A DNA stretch of 64,000 nucleotides from Peribolospora baueri. Taxonomy: Eukaryota. This document shows, piece by piece, positions 26,395 to 39,332 of the stretch. How positions within the stretch are numbered: position 1 is the first letter of the stretch; each line of letters starts with the position of its first letter. The notes under the pieces were generated by a model that was not told the origin of the DNA, did not search any database, and saw only the letters and a program-made list of their open reading frames with translations. A program made the position numbers and the translations under genes. The DNA lies in assembly GCA_029717555.1 (NCBI GenBank), contig JAMDHS010000002.1:248001-312000 (forward strand). Direction: 5' to 3'.

Positions 26395-29135
26395 ATGACA
26401 GACAGGACGGTCATGGACCGCCCGCTGTCCACGGCAGACATCGTCGAGGAGATCGTCCTGGACCACGACGTGGACTTCGTGAACCAGGTCGACGACGGCG
26501 ACCACGACCCCGGCCACTCCTCTTGCGCCCGCCCTTCCTCCAGCCTTCGCAGGCCCTCCGTCGACCTCGCCGCTCCCCCCTCTCCCACCGCCCTCCCATC
26601 TCCCCATGCCGACGACCACCGACTTAGACGACCGCCGCCATTCGTCCCCGACCGATCCGACGGCGCCATGGACAGACCCGAGTCGAGCCAAAGCGGCTAC
26701 TCTGCCAGTGGAGAGAGCACCACCAGGCCCGGCCGCGCTCCTGCCCACACTCCTCCTCCTCCTCCTCCTCCTCCTTCTTCTTCTTCTTCTTCCTTCCTTT
26801 TTCGTTCTTCCGCCCAGCCTGTGCTCCCCTTTCACCAACCATCCGACCCCCTTGCCGATACGACGCCACGAGCCGCCAGCAGGACGGTTACCGACGACAG
26901 GCGCTCCTCCAACCGACGCTCTTCTTCCATCTCCAACCCGCCTTCTCCCAGCGGACACCCTTCTCGAGGACATTCTTACTCCTCCAGCGGCCCTCGTCAT
27001 TCCCCAGCAAGTTCCAGTAGGAGCGCCAGCAGCCTGAGCATGACCAAGGCGATCGGCGCCTTGAACATCGGCAAGACCGTCGGACGACGACCACTGCCCG
27101 GCACGAAGCACCGAGTCTCCTCTCCTCCGCCGACATCGCACGATAGGGAATCCTCCAGCGTTCGCTCCTCCCTCGGCTCCATCGCCCATTCCATCGCCGC
27201 CGCCACCGGCCTCGGCACCGTCTCTGCGGACAAGGCCAGGTTTACGAGGCTTGTCGACGATCAGGATGAGGATCACGATCTCGAAGCGGAGGGATCGAAC
27301 GCGAAAGTTGTCTCGGCTAGTTTAGGCCGCCCGGAGGATAAAAGGACCAGTCTCGCTTTGAACCTGGCGAGCCGGAGCCCTTCGGCGCTCGGCGCCCACG
27401 ATCGCATGGCGAGCGATACGAGCGCGAGGACGGACGGCAGCGGCGGTCGGCCGAGGACGACGAATAGCTCTGATGCCGGCGAGGGGTTCTCCTTTTTGCC
27501 CTTTCGAGATCCCGTGTCGCAGGGATGGGCAGAGAGCGGGCCAGCAGCAGCGACAACGCGACCGACGGGCGGTCAAAGTGCCGATCGTGAGCGCGGCGTA
27601 GCGCCAGATCTCTCGTTCCCCACGGGTGACGCCAGAGCGCGACCGTCGCGGCAAAGAAGACGATGGAACGCCCCTTTTCACTCGCCCTCCCACCGCCCCC
27701 ACCACCGTTTCCGCCTTCGCCCGGCCTTCCTATTCACTTTCGTCGCCCTCGTCTCCTTGCCCACCCTTTGGCTCGTCTTCGTCGCTCCGTGGGTTTACTC
27801 CGCTATCCACCCCGTCCCCGTCTTTGTCGGAGCCTACCTTGCTGCGATGGGCTTGGTCAGTTGGACCATCGCCGTCCTCCGCGATCCGGGGGCCGTTCCG
27901 ACGGGATTGGATGAGGGCCCGCCCGTCGAGCTGACGACAGGCCCGCGAAAGGAGGATCATCGCCCACCTCAGACCGGCGCTCTGAGCTCGCCCTCGGGTT
28001 CACCTGTTCTTCCGCCCTCGGCGAGATGGCGAGACTCCGCCGCCGCCGTGTCCGCGTTGGGCCCTGACCGCCGCTCGTCCATCCTCGGCCTTCCCGGCGG
28101 ATTAGGTCTGCCGGACGCCGCGAGCGACGGTGCTTTGTCGGCCATGATGCTCGCCTCGACGCCCCGGGACCTCCTCGCCGAGCCGCCATCCGTCGTAAGG
28201 CTTAAGTGGTGCCCAACGTGCGAGACGTATCCTCCGCCTAGGACTTGGCATTGTCGAGCGTGCGGCCGCTGCGTCGAAGGCCTGGAGTACCATTGTTCCT
28301 GGGTGGCGAATGATGTCGGGGTGAGTGTGCCTGCCGAGCGATTTTCCTTCTTTGTCCTGGCTTGTCTTGTTTCGGTCGTCGTGTCCGAGTCGCTGACCGC
28401 CCTTCTTCGCATTAGTCCGGCAATCTTTTTCCCTTTTTTTCCTTCCTCCTCCTCTCTTTCCTCTTTCTCTCCTACGCCGCCGTCTTCTCAGCCGTACAGA
28501 TCGCACACATCGCTCGCTCCACCGGCCCCTCTCGTCGTCCTCCCGGCGTCAACGTCGACCCAAGCGCCGTCTCCAACGCCAACGCTCCTTCCAACTTTCG
28601 TAAAGCCCTCGCAGACGAACCCTTCGTCGCCATCTTTTTCCTCTTTTCTGTCGTACTCATTTTCCCGCTCGGCTTGAGACTCTTTCATCACTTTCGGTTG
28701 GCGGTTTCTGGACAGACTACTGTCACTAGGGTGGGTTTTTGCTAGCGAGAGAGATATGTGCGACGGTGGTTCATCCCCCTCGTCCCGTCGTCTCATGCTG
28801 CGCCACAGATCCGATCCGACGCCGCCAAGCGCGTAACGTCTCCGTGGGCGCCGGACCGAGACTCGCCGTCGTACCGCAACTGGGTGGTGACGCTCTGCAC
28901 GCCCGCCGACTTGACTTGGATCCAGTCGGCCGAATCGATCGCCGTTCATTCCGACGCGCCTGCGACGGCGACGGCGATGTACCGCGTCCAACGCTCGCCC
29001 CGCAAGTCGTCCTTCCGCCTCGACATGCGTGCCCCAGAGGTGGCCTCGCTGTCGCCGCCGCCGCCGCCGCTAGCGGGCGCCGGCTGTGAGCCGACGATAC
29101 GTCTAACTTCATTCAGCGCTTCTGCATCCTCTTAA
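26395..29135 (+). CDS. Erf2-like DHHC-family (palmitoyltransferase-like) membrane protein with variant EYHC motif, 3 exons
   Basis: Two TM helices, DPG motif (LRDPGAVP), Cys-rich domain KWCPTCETYPPPRTWHCRACGRCVEGLEYHCSWVANDVG. After the intron starting at 28321, two more TM segments and a C-terminal YRNWVVTLCTP. Confidence 0.85.
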
Positions 29136-29745
29136 TCGGGTCGATTTTCCCTCTGACGTGGTACTAGAACACTCCCTGTTTCGTTCGATACTTTCCTTCC
29201 CTCTCCGTCTTCCTCGTTCACTCCGCTCGTTCACTCGCTCGTTCGCCGGTTCGTCGGTCCCCCTTCACTGTATCTCTCGCTCGCCCAGCACGCTCACTAC
29301 TCGCATATTTCATTCACGGACACACTCATTTCCTTTTCGTCATCGTCGTCTCTATTTCTCTACCCCCCTTCGCTTTCTTCTCCGCGGGGCCCTCACGGCT
29401 GTATTTATCGCGCTCTTCTACCTCATCGCCCCGCCTCCGATAATCTAGTACTTCCTCTTGCCTAACCCCCGGGCGCAGCGCCGCGACGCGCCGCGGCTCT
29501 TTACGCGCGACGCGTGTTCCATGCAAACTGCGACTGCGAGTGAGCTGGGTGATCGATCGATGATTCGCCTTCACCCCACCACCTCATCCACCCACCCACC
29601 CTACCCTGTCCTATCCTGCCCACCCACCCCTTTGCCGCCTCTGCTCCCGACAATACCGTCCACCACTATCCTCGGCCTGCGCGCCTTTCGTAGTAGCGCC
29701 TTGAGTAGAAGAAGTACAAGGCCGCTTCATGCGTCTGCGTTTGCT

Positions 29746-31775
29746 ATGGCTTCTTGTGAGCGATGGTCTTTGGGCCCGGCGTAGCGTAGCGTATGCCGCG
29801 GATTGACAACGTTTTCTCCCCTCCCTCCCTCCCGCTTCTTTGTTCGTCGTTTGGAAAAACACAGCTACTGCTACAAAACGTCCCCTTCCCTCCTCCTCCC
29901 CCTCCCCCTCCCCCGACACTCGCGAGAACTCGACGTCCGGCGCTGCTTCGTCGTCGTCTTCATCGTCGCCACCTGCGAAAAAGGCCAAGAGTGAGTTTTG
30001 GTGGTGATAGCAAAAAACAAATAATTGAAATAAATAATTTCCGGCGTCCTCCCCCCAGCCCACCCTCTCTTTGCCCCTCGCACATCCAAGACGTCCTTAA
30101 TCTGGCACCCGCCCATCGAATCCACATGCCTCCACGCCAGCTTTTTCAACCCTCCGCCGAGGTCCAAGATCGCGGCCTACGACTTGGACGGCACCCTCAT
30201 CCTTCCCAAGGGTAAAGGCCCTTTTCCCAGCGCCAAGGACCCGTTCGATTACAAGTTCTGGGAGCCCGCCGGTGCGGCCAAGGTGAAGGAGAGATTGCAG
30301 GCTTTGCACGAGCAAGGGTGGGTAACCTCTTTACTACGTCCTGAGCATGTTCGCTTCGACGACGACGTCAACGACGTCCACGTTCCGTCTCCCCCCTCCC
30401 CTTCCGGCGACCAGATACGCCATCGTCATCTTCACCAACCAGATGTTCAAGGGAAAGACGATCCTGAACTGGAAGGAGAAGATGAAGAACTTTGCACAGA
30501 GCGTGAGCGTCCGCCCTCCCTCTCGATGTCGTCGTGATGTGAATGCTAACGCCCACAACCTTGGCTCGGCCAGCTCGCAGTGCCGTTCCGCGTGTTCGCT
30601 GCGACCGGTAATGACCGGTTTCGAAAGCCCAGGATCGGCATGTGGGACGTGTTTGCCAAGGATTTCAACGGGGGGGAATCGATAGGTGAATCAATCCCTC
30701 TACTCTTTGTTTCTTCAACGCCTGTTCTTACCCTTCCCCCCCCCCAGATCTCTCGTCCTCCTTTTACATTGGCGACGCGGCCGGCCGACCACGGGACCAC
30801 AACGACACCGATCGCAAGTTTGCCCTGAACGTGGGCTTGTCGTTTCAGACACCCGAACAACACTTCCTCGACGCTCCCCCAGAGCCTTACACGCTCAAGG
30901 GCTACCGGCCTCCAAGAGACCCCATCCACAGTGAGTCTCGATCGACGATCCCATCTCCCCCTCCCGCCAAGACTGGGGGTGATCAATCTTTGTTTCCCTC
31001 TCTCATCAGCTCCTCTATTTACACCGACCGCTACGCCTCTCGTCCCCGTTTCCGGCACGTCAAAGCCCGTGTCGGAGGTCGTCCTCTTCGTCGGTCCGCC
31101 GGCGTCCGGCAAGACGACCTTCTTCCGCCGCTTCTTCGAGCCTAAGGGCTATCATCACGTCAATCAGGACAAGCTCAAGACCCGCGAGCGATGTCTCAAA
31201 GAGGTTGACCGGATCATCTCCGAAGGCGGCGCCTGTATCGTCGGTAAGCTGCCTCTTCCCACACCTACCTTTTCTCGCCCCCTTGGCTCGCGCAGTTCCG
31301 CAAGCGACGATGCACAACTGTGTTCTTTTTCGGTATGACGCTTTTGGCGATGCAGATAACACGAACCGTGACGTGTCGACACGGAGCGCCTACATCGAGC
31401 TCGCCCGCAAGCTCGACGTCCCCGTCCGCTGCATCTTCTTCGACGCTTCGTCCCAGCTGGCCGAACACAACAACTTTGCCAGAGCATTCTCGCCCCTCAA
31501 CCAAGACGACGTGAGCCCGCCCCCTCTCGTCCACTGGCAGCACTGGCGCGTTTTCTGTGCGCGTTTTGCACAAAAGCTCACCGCTGACCGCCATCTCCCC
31601 CCTTCTTTCACAGACGAAGCGCGGTCTCCTTCCCGCCTCCGCCATCCTATCCTATTTCAAACAGTTGGAACCGCCTACGGTCAAGGAAGGCTACGCCGAG
31701 ACGCCGAAGACGGTTCGCTTCGTCTTCGAAGGGACGGAGGAGGAGCGGAAAGTGTGGGAACGGTGGTGGACGTAG
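29746..31775 (+). CDS. PNK1: Bifunctional polynucleotide 5'-kinase/3'-phosphatase (PNKP/Pnk1), multi-exon
   Basis: HAD motif [51 protein letters not shown]; kinase P-loop [23 protein letters not shown]. First coding exon is 10 nt (ATGGCTTCTT). Confidence 0.95.
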
Positions 31776-32073
31776 CAAAGCGTCCTCTCCCCGACCTTTC
31801 TTTTTGGTAGATTCCCTCGCACACTTGCGAACAGGCCCCATCGACGCGCACGCGACTTGGTAACCTTCCACCCATACCTCTCTTAGCATCCACTTGACGA
31901 TGGCAAACCGAGTCTATTGCAATGTAAGTAAGGCGCTTGGAATGCGTGTGCAAAGAGACGATGACAGGTATCAGACAGCCGAGGGAAACATCGAAACAAA
32001 TAAAAAGGGGGTAATCGGTATATGAACGGGTTATAGCAAAACACGGTTTCGGGAATTTCGTCATTGCAGCCCG

Positions 32074-35000
32074 TCACTGCCGCCTTACGTCTTTCTCGTC
32101 CGAAGGCTGGAAGAGTTGAGCCAGGGTGTTCGCTTTGGATACACGCGGGGCGCTGCCGTCGTCGGGCAACCCTGTTTGAAGCGTGCCCTCAATCGAGCAG
32201 GGCGGCGGTCGCGGTGGCTCTGTTCGACCACCGTCAGTGCTCAGCGGGGACGACGCTGTGGTGGCCTGAATTAGGTCGGACTGCAGGCTGAGCGCGTGCG
32301 CTTGAGTGAGGCTCAGTGTGGTGGTGATCACGGAGCGGTGTGCGTGTGACGAGCCTACTCCGCGTGGGATCCACTCGCTAGAGATGAAGGTGGCCGTTCC
32401 GACCAGAAGGCGGGTCGCCTCGACCACGTCGTTTAGTGCGCCGATCATCTCTTTCAGCGCCATGTGTTCCGCGAGTAGGAAAAAGTAGGCGTAGTTGAGC
32501 CTTCGCGCGGGCGTGCTAGGCGTTCGGGGGCTGCGAGCGACGGGCGAAGACACGCGAATACCTGCCATCCCCATCTCCTCGCGCGATCCCCGGCGGCAAA
32601 AGATGCCTTCGCGCCGAAGTTCACTGACGCGGTGGAGAGCGTAGTACGCATCCGGATGGGCGGACGAGGAAGACTCATCTGCGTTCTCCTCCATATGCTG
32701 CCGAATGGCGCTCGTAAACCTGTCCAGGGCTACCTGCGGATCAGGCAGAAATTGAGGCAAGGCAGTCCTCGACACGAGGCTGTTACCGATGGCGAAAAGT
32801 GTGATAAGAACTGCTGAGACCTGTGTGATATCAAAACGTGACGGCGTCAGCGGCCTGCTACCTTCAGCGCTTTTAACAAGACCAAATATCTCACCAGTTC
32901 TGCTCGAAGATCCATCACGTCAATCACAGTTTCCTTCCTGATCGTCCGCAGACCGTGTTCTCGAATGAACCTCAACCCGACCAACAGGTCGTACACCGTC
33001 TGTAACCGTGCAACCATGCCTCGAAAAATGCTGAGAGGCTTTGGCAACAGAGATAGCTCCATTTGCATCAAGTCGATGAGGTCCTCGGCGTGAAGAATAG
33101 CAGTCTGTGAAGCAAGTCGACCGACGATGAGGGCTGACTCGCATGCTCGGAGAAATTGACCTGCTACACACCTGAATCTTATTCTCTAGTCCTTCAAACT
33201 CCGCCTGGGTCGTGCGAGCAGGTACAAGACCTGGACGAAGAATTTGCCGGGTCATTGACAGGTAGAGTTGCTGAATGTCCGTGCATACCCGTGCAATCCG
33301 ATCTGGATAGAAATGTCAAATGATATCGTCGTGAGCGTCCCGATCCTTGTTATTGATCGACCTGCACAAGAACTTACTGATAAATTGAACTCGAGCGTGG
33401 TACGGGAAAAGGAAGAAACTATGACGAAGAAATAAGAGCAGGGAGTGTCAACTTCCTTGCACACCATCAACGACGGCGGACATTCAGCTCACTTCATTAA
33501 CAGAGCTGCGAGGATACCTGCTGAGATGAGCTCTGCTCGAACAAGGGCGAGATTCGGAACACTTCGATACGGCAGATGATGATAGGGGATGTACGCTACG
33601 GGCGCAATGGTAACAGAGCTGTAGCACGAAAGAAAATCTGGCGTAAGTCGAGGTTGGCAGTCGCGAATCCAGCGCAGGCGATCGACAGACAACACTTCGA
33701 CTCACAAAACGACGCCAACGCCTTGGAAGTTCGTCTTGAGAATTATCCAGGAGGACGGGAGGGCCGCCAGAGTGACCAGAACAACCAGCGGATACGGATT
33801 ACCATGACTGATCTCGCAGACTATCAGGCCGTAGACAGCGCCCAATATCGTGCCGATCTGAACGGAACAGACTTTCGAGTGAGCGATGCACAAACCACAG
33901 CTGGACATGGTGCTCAGGGAACGGCACACTCACGATGCGGAACATGGACACTCGGGTCGTGGCTCCCGTGCTCGTCTCCAAACAGTACATGTAAGTGATC
34001 AGCATCCACTCTCCCCTTTCCGTCACCCACCACTGCCGCGCCGCCCCACCCAACCAACACGGAAGACTCAAACAGGCCATCCCGACAGCAAGTTTAAAGG
34101 CGAAACGGAGGTGGCGGGAGTGCTTGGCTGAGCGGCCAATCCTCGACAACTTGATCCGGAGATCGATGATCCTTGGGCCGTACCACCATCGATGCCATCG
34201 TTTCTTACCGAGCGGGTCGACAGTGAGACTGCCGTCGAGGATCGATGGACCGAAGTTATTTTGCGCAGAAGACGAACGCAGCAAGGTCCGACGAGCAGGC
34301 GCCGGAGTCCACCGCTTGTGACAGAAAGGGTCCTCGCGGTCGTCCTTATTCGTTCGTAGGGCTTCCCGGACCGCCCGCACCTCCGTCTCATCGAAGTGCT
34401 GCTCCGCTGACGTGCTCACCTGCGTGCCTTCCACCTCTTCGCTGACATCCTCCACCCGACGTGCTTCGCCGTAAACTGCGCTGTCCTCACTGGCCATGGT
34501 GAACCAAGCCTTAGAGAGCAGACGGGGCCACCAGAGGCGTTGCCTCCGTTGCGCGAGACGGAAGCGCACGAGCTCTTGGGCAATACGCAAGGCGTTCGCA
34601 GTCTCCATCGCGATCTAAGGGATACGTGTGATCAGTGTGTTAGGACCAACGTGGGCAAAGAAGGGTCAAAGAGCTCGTAGAACCTCACCTCTATCAATGA
34701 TATCATGAGGAATGACAATGCAAACACTTTAGGACGGAAGAGATTAAAGGCCGCTTGCTGATTTCCGTTCTCCTCCTCTTCGTCCGAAACGACGTCTTCT
34801 TCATGTTGGTGGGCCTCGGCCCAGGTCTGTGGGATCTGTAGACCTGACAGCTGCTCCTGGAATGTCGCCCACCGAGGCGTATTGACTGGTGGCGCCGGCC
34901 GCGACGGAGCTCCAACGTTGACAAAATCTCTCTGTTGAAGAGCGTCCAGGGCGAATTGCAGCTCGCCCTTGAAGCGTTCGATGGCCCGATCGAGGAGCTT

Positions 35001-36600
35001 CCGCTGTCCGGCAATCGCTTTTTCGGGAACGCCTCCTTGTACTGCTATCTTGGTCCAACCACCTTTGAGGTGAAACGCAAAGCACACCGACATCCGCACT
35101 AACGCCAGGCTCGCTACGACCACCTCGGCTAGGGAGCGCGTAACCGTCTCGAACTGCTCAACCTGGAGACGCGCATGAGGCACAGAGCGAGGGTGCGACG
35201 TGGTTGCCAGCGTGCGAGCGCCGGTGTACGATGCCGCTCGACTACCGAGAGGCGGCCGTGCGCGCGGGTGGGTGAGATCGACCTCGGAGAAGGACACTCT
35301 CCTTTCCGGCGCCGGCGGAACCTTTGTATCCGCCTGGGTAGAATGTGTCGCTGTGTGCGCGTGGGTATGGGCATGGGCCTTTGGAAGCTGTCTTCTTCGC
35401 CCGGCCGCGGCTACCATCTGAGCGCTCTCTATGCTTGGGCCGGCGCCGAGACCCATGCCGCATGCCACCCATACCCTGATTTGCTTGATCGGACGGATCA
35501 ACGGTCTGAGCTTACCTACAGGCACATGCGAGTAAGCCATCTCAAACTCTGCCTGTCGGAATGCCATAGGCAGCCTGGTTGTTCTTTCGAAAAGGGTGGT
35601 CTGCACTTTGTGGAGCTCCATCGACGCGGCAGGCAGATTGGGATCGTCTTCGTTGGAGTGGCTGCTGATCGACGAAAGATCGTTGCGATTCGATTCGTTC
35701 TTGTATCGCTTCGCCTCGGCGAAGAACTCGTCGACGCTCCGTTCCACGACGGCCATCGTCGTCTCGAGAGTGTCTACCACCGAGCTGGCCAAGACGTGCA
35801 TGGCCGAGCGTGGGAAGCAAACGAGGTTCACAAAGAGGCCTGTCATGGCGGCGATGAGGGTGGGGTAAAAAAGGGTGGTGAAGGTGCGGACGGTGGTCTG
35901 TTGGATTGTTGTGGAATCATAGCGGGGCCGTTATCGTGAGCGTGGTACGCGGGACACTTAGACATCGCAAAGGACTGACCTTGGTCTCTCCGGCACACAA
36001 CACCCAGACGGAGTCGAAGATCATGAGTCGCACCGGAATGGTCAGGCGCGGCGTTTTGGAAGAGAGGTATCCGCCTGGTGATAACGAGCAGGACGATTCA
36101 GGAAACGATCCGGCCTTGAGTGAGGGCCAGTTGGGGAACGCACCTATGAAGCTCATCGCAGTGAGCACGCAGATGCCGATCGCCCTGCCCTTTGGGTGAG
36201 CATACTCTCCGTCGCCCACCCATACAGCGCCAGCCACGGCCAGCGTCGAAACCCCCACGCCAATGGCCGCTCCCATCAATCCTAGCAAGGCGCTCTCAAT
36301 CTGCCGACCGATGGTGTTGTCGCCGGGAAAGAAGAAGAGAAATATAGCGGTGATGGAGAGGAAACAGTCATTACCCTCCCATTCCGACGTCGGCGTCGCG
36401 GCGGCGAGAGAGGAGACGATAAGGGTAGCGAGCACGGGTGGGAGGAGGAGACGGAAGTTGGTGAGGACAACGTCGACGCTGGGGATCACAACGACACGGG
36501 CGAGTTTGGTCCGCCAGGAAGGCGCCTTAGCCTCATCTTCGAGGCCGGCGTCTCCTTGAGAGTGTTCGGACGAGCGTTTTTGCTTCTCTCTCCTGCTCAT
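32074..36600 (-). CDS. FUSC/aromatic acid exporter-like (ArAE_2/BRE4-type) polytopic membrane protein, multi-exon
   Basis: N-terminal TM cluster (FFFPGDNTIGRQIE; FVNLVCFP); second TM block RFAFKLAVGM..RGEWMLIT..TGATTRVSMFRIIGTILGAVYG..LFPYHAR. Exons checked join in frame. Confidence 0.82.
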
Positions 36601-36693
36601 GGAGCGGAGCCGGCAGGGTCAAAGTGCGTGCCTTGCCGTGGACGACGATAAGGAGATGGTGGTGGGTGGCAGCCGACATCCTGTGGGCGGGTC

Positions 36694-36700
36694 TATAAAA
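36694..36700 (+). promoter_or_regulatory. Putative TATA box in the divergent FUSC-like / M64 intergenic region
   Basis: TATAAAA about 200 nt upstream of the M64 ATG at 36895. Confidence 0.3.
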
Positions 36701-36894
36701 TCCTCCGTCAGCGTCGCTCGGCTCGCTAACTCTCTCACCTTCGGCGTCGGTGCGGCGGACGCAGATCGGCAAGAAAATAGACGCCCGCGTGCTTTCAGAC
36801 GACCTTGGCTTCGCCTCTCGTTAATTACTTAGGCCATTTTGCTGGCTGCTCGACGGCCGTTCGTCGTCCCGTCCAGCCTTGGGCCAGCGCCGCC

Positions 36895-39332
36895 ATGTTC
36901 CACCCGTGGACGATCTTGCCTGCGTGAGTCGTCTTCGGCGGCGAGCGCGCGCCGGCCGTGCTGACCTGGATCCGTCTCCACCGCTCGTCCACCAGACTCG
37001 TCTCGGTCCTTGGCGCTGTTGCCGTTCCAGCGGGAACGGCGATCAAGCCGGTGCAACTGACGCTTCATCGTCTGCCTTCGTCGGGATGCAAAGTCATCTT
37101 ACAGCGCCAACTACCGGCGTTCAAGGACCTCGACGTCAATTTAGCTCACCATGTCGTCATCGAATCCAGGCCGTTGCTTCACGAACGTGAACTCGGGGGC
37201 AGGCATCGAAAGACGGCACGCGGGCTCACCGACGGACAGGTCATGTTGGGTCGAGAAAGGGAGGAGGATGCGTCCACGATGGTCACGCTGCTTGTAGGCT
37301 GGAGCGAGGAACAGCTCTCTGCGTCTGCGCGCGAGCTGTGTCCAGGCGGCTTGGACTGGAGCCAGCTAGACCAAAGTGACCCGTATTCTTCTCAGCCGTA
37401 CGCAGGCCAGCTCCCTTTTATTAACGTCCCCGAATCCTGGGTGGCCGGTGAGCTATAAGCGATCCCAGGCCTGCCCGTTGGTTCAGACTTGCTGCCCCTT
37501 CACACTTCCCCCCCCATCACCTGTTGTGGATGACTGGGCCGCGAACCGCATCTCGCTCATCTTTCTCGGCGACGGCTACACTCTGGCGGAAAAGGAAAAG
37601 TAAAAGGTTCGCCGATGACCTAGTCGTGAAAGAGACGTACGAGAGCGTCACGCCTTTGCTCAACGTCTGGGCCGTTTTCGTCCCCAGTCGGGATGGTAGG
37701 CGTCGGCTGTCAGCTCACACTCGCAGGCACGCTCGCAGGCTCTGACCGGTTGCTCCTATCTCGATGAACATTCCAGTCCGGCATTGGCGTCGACTCTCAA
37801 CCGCTCGACACCGCGTTCGGTTTGTACCGCGACGGGACCGAACTGTAAGACACGCTTCTTCCTCTGCCCCTCTGTGGTGCGAGATAGCAGCTGACGATCC
37901 TCCGCTGTGTCGCATCCTCAGTCGAGGAATTTATTGCTCAAAGCGCAAGGCCGCCCACGATGCCTGCGAAGCAGCAATGCGCGCGGTGGGCTCCAGTGCC
38001 CGATGCGACTATCCCCTCCTTCTCGCCAACTCACCTTGGTACGGTGGTCTTGGGGCAGAGTTTAGCATCACGACCGCCTCGGAAGTCAACGGGCCCATCG
38101 TGCTCCGGCATGAGCTTGGTCATTCGATTCTCTGGGTGGGCGAGGAGTACGACGGAGGATGAGAGTTTATTTATGAGGGATAACTGGCATTCCGGCTTGT
38201 GCATCGCGGTCGAGCCGTCGATCTCCACTATGCTTCTTTTGGGGTTCCTCCAGATATGCCTATTTCGGTGCCAACGCCGCAAAGAGCCTCTTTCAAGTCG
38301 GCGACCGGTGGGGTGCGTGGTTGAGCAACAAGAGCTTGGCCTCCCAGCCGGAACCCGACTCCTCGCGCCGAGCGCTCTGTCGTCCCCGTCCAGGCGTACG
38401 CGTGGCACAACCTCTCCAAAGGTCCATTCTCAGTCAGTTTCAACGCCTCGGGCACTTACCCCCATAACCTGCTTCGCTTCTCGCTCAGCGGGATCGAGTC
38501 CGCGGCGCAAATACGTATCTACCTCGACGGCAAGGAGATTGACGACGGGGGTTTCGATGAGAGCATCGGCAAGGACAGGAAGTTTTACCCCGTCGGCGAC
38601 GTCGGTGGTTCCGGCTCGAGATCCGGACTCGCCCTGGGAAAGCACGAGTACGGGGCTGAAGACGAGTTTCATGGCGAGGAGGGTTATGTGGGCGCATACC
38701 CGACGTGAGTGATCCCACGGTCCTTCTCCTGTCCTTCTCTTCCGAGTGCTCCTCTGACCAAACTCGTGCCTCTTTTACTGATATCTGGCCCTCGCATGAC
38801 CGCCAGGTTCAGTATGTGGGACGACGTCACGTATCGCCCCACCTCCGAATCCTGCCTGATGCGCAACAACTCGATGGCCACGCTATGCGGGCCATGTAAA
38901 GAGGCCTTATGGCTGAGCCTCCTGCGTCAAACGTCTCTCATCGATAGCATCGACTGGGCCTTTGAGGCTTCCACCGTCGAACCTGCCGGATCAAGGGGCC
39001 AACGGAACGCTCAAGAGTTTGCGGACGCCTGTTCGGATAAGGTTCGCGTCCGCGTGCAACCGTTACCGTTGGGACATCTCCGACGAGATGTCAGCGGCGC
39101 GAGGCGGCGTGAGGCCTTGGACATCGAATGGTTTGAAGGGGATAATAAGCGGAAGGAGTGGGACGGCGAGGAAGAGGTCGTCATTCCTCTCGGCCGCTGC
39201 GTCAGCGGCGATGTCGCTGCTCAAGAGCTATTGCGAAGGTGGACGGTTCGGGTAACTTTCAGGTCTCCAGAGGTCAGGACGGACCGGAAGGGGTATCTGA
39301 CGGAGACGAAGAGCTGGGCGATCGCACCATAA
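36895..39332 (+). pseudogene. IgA peptidase M64-family secreted metallopeptidase, disrupted
   Basis: Signal peptide, NRISLIFLGDGYT, FGLYRDGTELRGIY, zincin motif LRHELGHS..GEEYDGG, YRPTSESCLMR..LCGPCKEALW. Frame breaks near 37510, 37600, 37695 and 38350, and a splice donor reading ATGAGA at 38159. Confidence 0.8.

Noticed and set aside
37601..37607. 7-nt GTAAAAG segment whose removal would restore the M64 frame
   Set aside because: Far too short for a spliceosomal intron; better explained as a deletion scar in a pseudogene.
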